Source: Flavobacteriales bacterium (GTDB taxonomy: Bacteria; Bacteroidota; Bacteroidia; Flavobacteriales_D; Cryomorphaceae). From it: a stretch of 64,000 nucleotides of DNA. The notes under the pieces are model-generated. The model made no database searches. It was given only the letters and a program-made list of their open reading frames with translations, and had not been told where the DNA came from. The position numbers and the translations under genes were made by a program. Shown in pieces: positions 56,926 through 64,000 of this stretch (the first letter of the stretch is position 1; the number at the start of each line of letters is the position of its first letter). The stretch is taken from NCBI GenBank assembly GCA_007125175.1, contig SLDS01000008.1, forward strand, positions 2,156 through 66,155, read 5' to 3'.

Positions 56926-57777
56926 ATGCAGACAGCGCATGCACATTCCGGTAGATGGGCCATTCAGGGTGGGAGGGGCTCCTTCCATCATTTGGCTGCC
57001 ATGCAGCTTGGTCTGAGAGGTGAGGAAGACCTTATACCTTGCAGCGATTTTTACAGCCTGGCCCATTTGGTCGGTACAGAGGATGAGGTGCAAGGGGTGA
57101 TGGCCATTGAAAATTCAGTAGCGGGAAGCCTGCTGCGCAATTACGAACTTTTGCGCACCTTTCCACTGCGGATCGCTGCAGAAATCTACCTCCGCATTGA
57201 GCAGCATTTATTGGTAAACCCCGGAAGCAGCCTGGAGGCGCTGCGAGAGGTGCACTCCCATCCCATGGCCCTGGCGCAGTGTGGTATTTTTTTGCGTAAG
57301 CATAAACACATCAAGCTTGTGGAAACAGAGGATACGGCAATGAGCGCCGAAGCACTGGCCGCCAATCCCAAGCCCGAGCGCGCTGTGATAGCGAGTAAAT
57401 TGGCTGCGTCGCTCTTTGGTCTCGAGACATGCCGCAGCCATATCGAGGATCATCGCCAAAACTATACGCGATTTTTGCTGCTGCAAAAAGGTGAGATGCA
57501 CGGTCATGCTGCGAAAGCCTCACTGGCACTGCTCCTTCCCCACCAACCGGGAGCCCTGCAGAGGGTGCTTGAGGCTGCTGCCACAGTCTCCCTCAACCTC
57601 ACCAAAATTCAGAGTGTGCCACTTGTCGGAAATCCTTGGCATTACCGCTTTTATATCGATGTGGAGCGGGTCGATGGACTGGATGAGCAATGGCTGTTGG
57701 CATTGTTTCACGCGCATTGCGAAGAAATTGAAGTGCTCGGGATATACGCTCCCGGCGAAATTTTTGAAGAGAACTGA
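56926..57777 (+). CDS. pheA: Prephenate dehydratase
   Basis: N-terminal WAIQGGRGSFHHLAA, the TRF motif (NYTRFLLL) and a C-terminal ACT domain. 283 aa. Confidence 0.9.
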   Translation: MQTAHAHSGRWAIQGGRGSFHHLAAMQLGLRGEEDLIPCSDFYSLAHLVGTEDEVQGVMAIENSVAGSLLRNYELLRTFPLRIAAEIYLRIEQHLLVNPGSSLEALREVHSHPMALAQCGIFLRKHKHIKLVETEDTAMSAEALAANPKPERAVIASKLAASLFGLETCRSHIEDHRQNYTRFLLLQKGEMHGHAAKASLALLLPHQPGALQRVLEAAATVSLNLTKIQSVPLVGNPWHYRFYIDVERVDGLDEQWLLALFHAHCEEIEVLGIYAPGEIFEEN

Positions 57778-57780
57778 GCT

Positions 57781-58953
57781 ATGGGGATTAAGCCTTCAAA
57801 TAGACTTGCTGGCGTCGGCACCTATTATTTTGCTGAAAAGCTGAGGCAAATCGATCGCATGCGGCGGGCTGGTCGCCATATCATCAATCTCGGCATTGGC
57901 AGCCCCGATTTGCCTCCCCACCCCGATGTGATTCGCGTATTGAGCGAGGCTGCATCGCGACCCATGAATCACGGTTATCAGAGCTACCGGGGCATCCCGG
58001 AGCTCAGGGAGGCCTTTGCCGAATGGTATGCGCGTGAGTACGCTTTTCGCCCTGATCCGGAGAGAGAGCTGCTCCCTCTCATGGGCAGCAAGGAGGGCAT
58101 CATGCACCTCAGCATGGCCCTCTTGGATCCCGGTGATGTGGTGCTGGTACCCAATCCCGGCTATCCGGGCTATGCGGCTGCCGCCAAATTGGCCGGTGCC
58201 GAGGTGCGCCACTATGAACTCTCAGCCGAGCGGGGCTGGCAGCCCGATATTGCTGCAATCGAAGCTCAGGATTTGAGCGGTGTCAAGATGTTGTGGCTCA
58301 ATTATCCACATATGCCCACCGGTACGCCGGGAAATCCTGATACTTTTGCCGAGCTCATCGCATTTGCCAGAAGGCGCAACATATTGCTTTGTCACGACAA
58401 TCCCTACAATGGTCTGCTCAACCCGCGTGCGATCAGCCTTATCGCCCAGCCGGGTGCAATGGATGTGGCGGTGGAGCTCAACTCCCTGAGCAAAACATAC
58501 AATATGGCGGGCTGGAGGCTGGGAGTGATGCTCGGTAATGAGGAGATGGTCAATACGGTACTTCGCTTCAAGAGCAATATGGACAGTGGAATGTTCAAGC
58601 CGGTGCAGCTCGCCGGTGCACGCGCCCTCGGCTTGGATGCGGGCTGGATGGAGGAGCTTAACAAGACCTATACAATGCGACAAAAGCTGGCCCTCCAAGT
58701 GCTTGAGGCTTTGGATTGCCGGGTCGATGGAGCTCAGGTAGGCCTCTTCCTCTGGGCCGAAGTAGCTCCTGAATGGCCCAATGCAGAAAGTCTTAGCGAG
58801 GAGCTGCTCATGCAAGCAGGGCTTTTCATCACCCCGGGCTTTATTTTTGGTTCGGCTGGCGATCGCTACCTGCGCATCTCACTTTGCAGCCCGACGGAAG
58901 ACCTCGAGCAAGCCCTCGAGCAGTGCAAATCATTCAAACATTTGGGTTCATGA
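57781..58953 (+). CDS. Pyridoxal-phosphate-dependent aminotransferase, class I (probable aromatic/prephenate aminotransferase by context)
   Basis: PLP-lysine motif NSLSKTYNMAGWRLG. Also GSPDLPP and NPGYPGY motifs. Lies between pheA and tyrA. Confidence 0.85.
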   Translation: MGIKPSNRLAGVGTYYFAEKLRQIDRMRRAGRHIINLGIGSPDLPPHPDVIRVLSEAASRPMNHGYQSYRGIPELREAFAEWYAREYAFRPDPERELLPLMGSKEGIMHLSMALLDPGDVVLVPNPGYPGYAAAAKLAGAEVRHYELSAERGWQPDIAAIEAQDLSGVKMLWLNYPHMPTGTPGNPDTFAELIAFARRRNILLCHDNPYNGLLNPRAISLIAQPGAMDVAVELNSLSKTYNMAGWRLGVMLGNEEMVNTVLRFKSNMDSGMFKPVQLAGARALGLDAGWMEELNKTYTMRQKLALQVLEALDCRVDGAQVGLFLWAEVAPEWPNAESLSEELLMQAGLFITPGFIFGSAGDRYLRISLCSPTEDLEQALEQCKSFKHLGS

Positions 58954-59795
58954 AGGCCACAGTAATCGGTTTGGGATTGATCGGAGGATCTATTGCCTTA
59001 GAGCTTAAGGTTCTGGGCTACACGGTGTGTGGCGTGGATGCAAAGGATGCCCATGCCCATATGGCCCTGGATCGCGGTCTCGTCCACAAGCTGGCATCCC
59101 TGGAGGCCTCCCTGCAAGATGCCGAGCTTATCGTGCTGGCTACGCCTGTGGATGCCTCGCTAAAACTCTTGCCGCAGCTCTTGGATATGCTCAGTGAAAA
59201 TCAGGTGCTCATCGATCTATGCTCCACCAAAGGCAGCCTTTGTAGCGCAGTGGAGCGGCATGCGCGAAGGCCTCAGTATGTGGCTTGTCACCCGATGGCG
59301 GGTACGGAGCATTCGGGCCCTGCAGCCGCTGTTCAGGGGCTTTTTCGCGATCGCTTCATGGTGATTTGCGAGCGTGAGCGAAGCAGTGGCTTTGCCGTGG
59401 CTTATGTGGAGGCGCTTTTCGCAAAAATGGAGATGCGCACCGTGTACTATGAGGCCGATGAGCACGACATGCACGCGGCTTTCGTATCACACATATCACA
59501 CGTGAGCTCATTCGCATTGGCGCTCACTGTGCTCGACAAGGAGGAGAGTGACAAAGCCATATTTCAGCTTGCAGCGGGTGGCTTCACCTCCACAGTGCGA
59601 CTCGCCAAAAGCGCTCCGCATACATGGGTACCCATTTTCCGGCAGAACCGGAATCACCTTCTTGAGGTCATGGATGCCCACATGCAAAAGCTCGTGCAAT
59701 TTCGCGATGCCCTCGAACGCGATGATGCAGAGAGGCTGGAATCGCTGATGCAGAGGGCCAATGAGATCAAACGAATTATTGATGTAGCACTTTAA
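58950..59795 (+). CDS. tyrA: Prephenate dehydrogenase
   Basis: Rossmann N-terminus MKATVIGLGLIGGSIAL and the HPMAG catalytic motif. The ATG at 58950 overlaps the upstream stop (ATGA). The track's 22-codon extension is rejected. Confidence 0.9.
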   Translation: MKATVIGLGLIGGSIALELKVLGYTVCGVDAKDAHAHMALDRGLVHKLASLEASLQDAELIVLATPVDASLKLLPQLLDMLSENQVLIDLCSTKGSLCSAVERHARRPQYVACHPMAGTEHSGPAAAVQGLFRDRFMVICERERSSGFAVAYVEALFAKMEMRTVYYEADEHDMHAAFVSHISHVSSFALALTVLDKEESDKAIFQLAAGGFTSTVRLAKSAPHTWVPIFRQNRNHLLEVMDAHMQKLVQFRDALERDDAERLESLMQRANEIKRIIDVAL

Positions 59796-59800
59796 AGCAA

Positions 59801-60883
59801 ATGGAGATGAATACGAATCGAAGTCCTTTTTTCAAAGGGCAGGGCAGCCGACCCTATTGGATAGCCGGCCCCTGCAGTGCAGAGACAGAGCAGCAAGTGC
59901 TCGAAACGGCCCATGGCCTGAAGGATGCGGGGATCGACCTCTTCAGAGCGGGGATATGGAAGCCCAGGACCCGGCCGGGAGATTTCGAAGGCAATGGAAG
60001 TCCGGCACTCCCTTGGCTGCAAAGGGTAAAAGAAGAGACGGGCCTCTCCGTGTGTACCGAAGTCGCCAATGCCCAGCACGCCGAGGAGGCGCTCCGTTGC
60101 GGGGTGGATGTGCTGTGGATCGGCGCTCGAAGCACCACCAATCCCTTTTCGGTGCAGGAGATCGCGGATGCCCTGCAGGGTGTCGATATTCCTGTAATGG
60201 TCAAAAACCCCATCAATCCTGATATCAAGCTTTGGATGGGCGCACTGGAGCGCATCGAGCGCGCTGGAATCAAGAAAGTAGCCGTCATTCACAGGGGTTT
60301 CAGTACTTTCGGAAAAGACAAGTACCGTAATCAGCCCAGGTGGCAACTCGCCATAGAGCTCAAGCGTCAATTTCCCGATCTGGCCTTCATTTGCGATAGC
60401 AGCCATATTTGCGGAAGCAGGGAGTGGCTATACGATGTATCTCAAAAGGCTCTGGACCTCAACTACGACGGCATCATGCTCGAGGTGCATCCCAGACCCC
60501 ATGAAGCCTGGAGCGACGCACTGCAGCAGATTACTCCCGATCAGTACAAGGAGGTGAAGTCCAAGCTGAACTTTCGCTACAGCAGCACCGATGATGTTGA
60601 CTTTCTCGACTCTCTCGAAGCACTTCGCGGGCAAATTGACGAAATAGACGATGAGATACTCGCCCTTCTCGAGGCGAGGATGAAACTGTGCGATGGGATA
60701 GGCCGCTTCAAGAAGCGCAACAATATCGCCATACTTCAGACCTCTCGCTGGAGCGAAATACTCGAGAAAAGCATAGCAAAAGGCCAACGCAAAGGATTGA
60801 GCAGTGAACTGATAAGCGGAGTGATGAAGGCAGTGCACCAGGAGAGTATCAACCGCCAGCACAAGGTGATGCGGGATGCCTGA
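59801..60883 (+). CDS. Bifunctional 3-deoxy-7-phosphoheptulonate (DAHP) synthase / chorismate mutase (AroA Ibeta-type with C-terminal AroQ domain)
   Basis: KDO8PS-like DAHPS motifs (WIAGPCSAE, KPRTRPGDFEG, ICDSSHI). C-terminal about 90 aa has the AroQ helix pattern (LRGQIDEIDDEILALLEARMKL...RWSEILE). Confidence 0.85.
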   Translation: MEMNTNRSPFFKGQGSRPYWIAGPCSAETEQQVLETAHGLKDAGIDLFRAGIWKPRTRPGDFEGNGSPALPWLQRVKEETGLSVCTEVANAQHAEEALRCGVDVLWIGARSTTNPFSVQEIADALQGVDIPVMVKNPINPDIKLWMGALERIERAGIKKVAVIHRGFSTFGKDKYRNQPRWQLAIELKRQFPDLAFICDSSHICGSREWLYDVSQKALDLNYDGIMLEVHPRPHEAWSDALQQITPDQYKEVKSKLNFRYSSTDDVDFLDSLEALRGQIDEIDDEILALLEARMKLCDGIGRFKKRNNIAILQTSRWSEILEKSIAKGQRKGLSSELISGVMKAVHQESINRQHKVMRDA

Positions 60884-60975
60884 TGGGTGGCTGAGAAAGT
60901 GAGGCCTCACTACATCATTGCTTCATCATTGCCCCAAGTGCTGTTCATCAGGCTGGGCTGTATGCCTGCTTGGGC

Positions 60976-60983
60976 TATATTTG
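60976..60983 (+). promoter_or_regulatory. Candidate -7 box (TATATTTG) for the PfkB kinase-galM pair
   Basis: Exact TAnnTTTG 40 nt upstream of the ATG at 61023. It lies inside the track's longer ORF (60918), supporting the shorter start. Confidence 0.45.
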
Positions 60984-61022
60984 TGCAGATCTGCCTTATA
61001 CATCCTATTTCGAAAACAAGCG

Positions 61023-62006
61023 ATGCCGCATCATCACATAGCCGTCCTGGGCCCCATTCCACGCGATCACATTACGACCCATAGAGGTGAAGTCATTGAA
61101 AAGTATGGCTGCGCCATGCACACCGCAATCGGGCTCTCGAAGCTATTGCAGGGCAAGGGAGCGGTACACCTCGTATCGCATGTGCGCAAGCGCGATGAAG
61201 GCGCCATCCGGGAGATAGTATCCGCCTATCCCAATATTGACAGCAGCCACTTGAGCGCCGATGCCGATCAGGGCGATGTGATCCGGCTGCGCTTCCTGGA
61301 TCAAAACAAGCGTGTAGAGAAGCAAACTGGCTTTATGAATCCCATCACACCCGAAGATGTGGAGGAATTGCAGCATTGCGAAGCATTCGTCTGTGTGCCC
61401 ATCAGCGACTATGAGGTGCCCCTCGAAACCTTGCAATACATACGCAGGCACAGCGATGCCCAAATCATCTTCGACGCCCATGGCCCCACTTGCGGGGTTT
61501 CGGTGAGTGGAGATCGCTACCTGCAATACTGGATCGATCGGGATCGGTGGCTGCCCTACATCGACGTGCTCAAGATGAATCTGGAAGAATCCAATTGCTC
61601 CTGGTTTGACAAGGAGCTCAATCCCGATGAGATGCGCGATTTTGACCAAAAAGACATCAGCCACCTGCCGGCCTTTGCAGCCCATGCGCTCGGCAAAGGT
61701 GTGAAGGCCCTCATCGTGACCCTCGATGCGCACGGAAGTGCCGTGTTTTTCAAGCGGGAGGGAAAGATACATCAGGAAATTGTCAAGGCCATTTGGGTGG
61801 AGAATGTGGTAGATACCACCGGCTGTGGCGACAGCTTTGCAGGAGGCCTGGGTTATGGGGTGCTCGCGCACCCGGGAGAGATAGTCAAAGCAGTGCATTA
61901 CGCCAATGCACTTGGTGCGCAACGCACACAGGGCCGCACATTTGAGGTGTTCAAGAGCCTTGCGGAAACCGATGCCATGATCGCAGCCAATTATTCAGAG
62001 CCTTGA
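61023..62006 (+). CDS. PfkB-family carbohydrate kinase (substrate unknown)
   Basis: C-terminal PfkB signature DTTGCGDSFAGG and a ribokinase-like fold pattern. Start at ATG 61023 (MPHHHIAVLGP). Confidence 0.8.
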   Translation: MPHHHIAVLGPIPRDHITTHRGEVIEKYGCAMHTAIGLSKLLQGKGAVHLVSHVRKRDEGAIREIVSAYPNIDSSHLSADADQGDVIRLRFLDQNKRVEKQTGFMNPITPEDVEELQHCEAFVCVPISDYEVPLETLQYIRRHSDAQIIFDAHGPTCGVSVSGDRYLQYWIDRDRWLPYIDVLKMNLEESNCSWFDKELNPDEMRDFDQKDISHLPAFAAHALGKGVKALIVTLDAHGSAVFFKREGKIHQEIVKAIWVENVVDTTGCGDSFAGGLGYGVLAHPGEIVKAVHYANALGAQRTQGRTFEVFKSLAETDAMIAANYSEP

Positions 62007-63028
62007 AAGCCGATACTGCAAGCCGAACTTTTCTGCTCGAAATGCCTGGACGCCTGCGCTGCGTCATCAGCAACTACGGTGCCCGCATACTGGAGCTTCA
62101 CCTTCCCGACCGAGATGGCAATTTGGCCGATATCGTATTGGGATTCGATCGCTTAGAGGATTACTTGCTGGATAGCAAGAGCTTCTTTGGAGCTTGTGTA
62201 GGCCGTGTGGCCAACCGCATATCTCATGCGGCATTTCACATCAATGGCGAGCGCTATGACTTACCGGCCAATGAAGGGCCCCACCATTTGCACGGAGGGC
62301 CCGGCGGCTTTCATCAAGCCTTGTGGCAATGCGCAGGCCACAGCCCCCGACAGCTGTCCCTGCGCATGGTATCGCCCGATGGCGATCAGGGATATCCCGG
62401 GCGCATGGAGGTGCAGGTGGACTATTCCCTCACGGAAGAGGGCGATTTGCGCATGGACTACGAGGCAAGCTCCGATCGTCCTTGCCCTGTCAATCTCACC
62501 AATCACAGCTATTTCAATCTAGATGGGCAAGGCGCTGCTTGCATAGCCGATCATGTACTCGAGATGCAGGCCAGCCACTACTGTCCCATTCAGGCCGACT
62601 TTATACCTACCGGCGAGGTGCTCCCCGTGGATGGTGGGCCTTTCGATTTTCGTCTTCCTGCAGTGCTGAAATCGCGGTTGTCGCTCGAGCACCCCCAGCT
62701 GGCCCTGGCAAGGGGCTTTGACCACCACTGCATCGTGGCAGGGGAGGGCATGAGGGCTTTCGCCAAAATGTACTCACCACATTCGGGACGCAGTCTCGAA
62801 GTATGGAGCGATGCGCACGGCATGCAGTTTTATTCGGGCAATTTTTTGGATGGGACTATCAAGGGCAAAGGAGAAAGCTATTACGGATTTCGTTCGGCTT
62901 TTTGTTTTGAAACCCAAGGCTACCCCAACGCGGTGAATACGCCTTCCTTTCCTATGCAGATTGCGGGGCCCGGGCAGCCCTACCGCAGTAGCACAGTATT
63001 CAAATTTGCCCATGAGCCCGCCTCCTGA
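62003..63028 (+). CDS. galM: Aldose 1-epimerase (galactose mutarotase)
   Basis: Motifs NYGARILEL, NRISHAAF..NGERYDL, HLHGGPGGFH, TNHSYFNL and CFETQGYPNA. TTG start overlaps the kinase stop (TTGA). An alternative ATG lies at 62042. Confidence 0.88.
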   Translation: MKADTASRTFLLEMPGRLRCVISNYGARILELHLPDRDGNLADIVLGFDRLEDYLLDSKSFFGACVGRVANRISHAAFHINGERYDLPANEGPHHLHGGPGGFHQALWQCAGHSPRQLSLRMVSPDGDQGYPGRMEVQVDYSLTEEGDLRMDYEASSDRPCPVNLTNHSYFNLDGQGAACIADHVLEMQASHYCPIQADFIPTGEVLPVDGGPFDFRLPAVLKSRLSLEHPQLALARGFDHHCIVAGEGMRAFAKMYSPHSGRSLEVWSDAHGMQFYSGNFLDGTIKGKGESYYGFRSAFCFETQGYPNAVNTPSFPMQIAGPGQPYRSSTVFKFAHEPAS

Positions 63029-63093
63029 ACTGTGCGATAAGTACGCCGCATTTGCGCATCAAAGCATGGCACATTTTTAGCTTCTTTGCAGGC

Positions 63094-63609
63094 ATGAGCA
63101 TTACTTCTTTCCTCTCAGTCCTCTTTTCTTCCGCGCTTGCCTCGGTACTTTTTATAAGCCCTTCGCTTGCCCAAGAACGCTTTGCAGTCAAAGATGCCGA
63201 CCTTGTCTTTTCCTACATTTTGCCGGAAGGCTGGGTACAACAGGACGACGATTACTACCACTACATACTCAGTCCCGACAGAAAGGCGCAGATCAGTCTG
63301 ACCTACTTCGATGGCATGTGTGAGCACCTTGATGAATGCTACATCGGAGAGGTGGAGGGCAGACTGCAATCGGAATATAGCGGCTTTGAGCTGCTCCGCG
63401 AAGATAGTCTGAACATCGGTGGTTCCGAAGCACGGCAGGCGGTGATAAGTGGCAGTCGTGATGGCTCCAAATACTTGATTTACGCCTACTTTTTCATTTG
63501 GGAAGATCAGTTTTTTAAGATCATAGCCTACCTGCCCCATCAGGCTACTGGGCGCATGCAAACGACTGTTGATGAAACAGTAAAATCTCTTCGATTGCGG
63601 CTTCCCTAA
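63094..63609 (+). CDS. Hypothetical secreted protein
   Basis: Signal peptide (MSITSFLSVLFSSALASVLFISPSLAQ). No motif I recognise. The track start 63052 is TTG, so the ATG at 63094 is preferred. Confidence 0.55.
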   Translation: MSITSFLSVLFSSALASVLFISPSLAQERFAVKDADLVFSYILPEGWVQQDDDYYHYILSPDRKAQISLTYFDGMCEHLDECYIGEVEGRLQSEYSGFELLREDSLNIGGSEARQAVISGSRDGSKYLIYAYFFIWEDQFFKIIAYLPHQATGRMQTTVDETVKSLRLRLP

Positions 63610-64000
63610 GTGCAAGCATCCCGCTTTCTGTCCATTTTGCGCCCTTTAGAACTGCAATTATTGCCAAAATCTTGATTTTGGTAATCCCCATCTTTTTGTA
63701 CATTGCGAAGTGCTGATTATCAGGCTAACCAGATTGCCATTCTAAACCTGTTTCTCGAGACAAAGCTGCCGGAGGAATGGGTGCCTTCGTGAACTGTTGG
63801 TCAGAGAAGATATCATGAATCATCATTGGAGATTTTTGATCCATTCAGGTTTGCATTTTCCACCGCCCGGATTTTGTCTTGGTATCAGATTCTCCTTAAT
63901 TGAGCCTGCTTCGGGGCTTTCGCCCAGGGCAAACGCATTTAACTTTTTCAACAAGAAAAATTTAATAACTATATGATATTAAGGTTATTAATCCTTGTGA

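Noticed and set aside
60981-60994. Recurrence of TTGTGCAGA(C/T)CTGC, present both here and at 43635..43648, considered as a shared operator
   Set aside because: A 14-mer with one mismatch recurring once in 128 kb of two-strand sequence is well within chance expectation by a simple probability estimate. The positions relative to the promoters also differ.
63700-63830. Weak resemblance of GGAATGGGTGCC...AACTGTTGG to the cobalamin riboswitch core
   Set aside because: It is much too short, and the conserved GGTGnnAAnTCC and B12-box elements are absent. Kept only as part of the 'unexplained spacer' finding.

Overview
This 64-kb segment reads as a Bacteroidota chromosome, Flavobacteriia-like, with gliding motility and type IX secretion (T9SS) genes. 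By my own tally about 94% is coding, and it looks moderately GC-rich by eye (not computed). I can support 52 protein genes, one candidate 28-codon leader ORF, one decayed gene fragment, and two divergent tRNA genes (Val-TAC, Leu-CAG). I see no rRNA, CRISPR, transposase, integrase, phage genes, or recognisable defence or toxin-antitoxin module.

Gene content, left to right:
- LOG-family gene, uvrA and a lytic transglycosylase.
- A Wza/Wzc-type exopolysaccharide block: WecA-like transferase, rmlC, wzc, wza, a GT4 glycosyltransferase and asnB.
- dacB, a TPR protein, a HAD hydrolase with trkH-trkA, and an AlkD-like gene.
- PDH E1alpha and E2, then cdd and ispF.
- T9SS core cluster: porV-porU, divergent from porP/sprF-like-gldJ-murF.
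- Acyl-CoA dehydrogenase, anmK, an amino-acid dehydrogenase and nhaD.
- exbB-exbD-tonB-folC.
- Two T9SS cargo genes plus a decayed cargo C-terminal-domain remnant, then tRNA-Val and tRNA-Leu.
- SAM methyltransferase with an ABC ATPase, PduO adenosyltransferase and a DUF2795 gene.
- secA, fabI, a TonB-dependent receptor, an aldehyde dehydrogenase and a T9SS M43 protease.
- A compact aromatic amino-acid operon: pheA, aminotransferase, tyrA, DAHP synthase/chorismate mutase.
- PfkB kinase, galM and a small secreted protein.

Many ORFs in the supplied track are over-extended at the 5' end or begin at TTG/GTG. I give corrected starts where a conserved N-terminal motif, a neighbouring stop, or a Bacteroidota-type -7 box (TAnnTTTG) supports them. 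The long ORFs antisense to clearly conserved genes are rejected as shadow ORFs.

I found no convincing novel multi-gene system. The most interesting unannotated signal is a 28-codon leader ORF rich in Phe, Tyr and Trp. It sits in a four-segment, mutually exclusive RNA pairing scheme ending in a terminator that abuts the pheA start codon. Lesser items are a decayed orphan T9SS sorting domain, a structured GC-rich element between the tRNA genes, and an ORF-free AT-rich 390 bp at the right edge.
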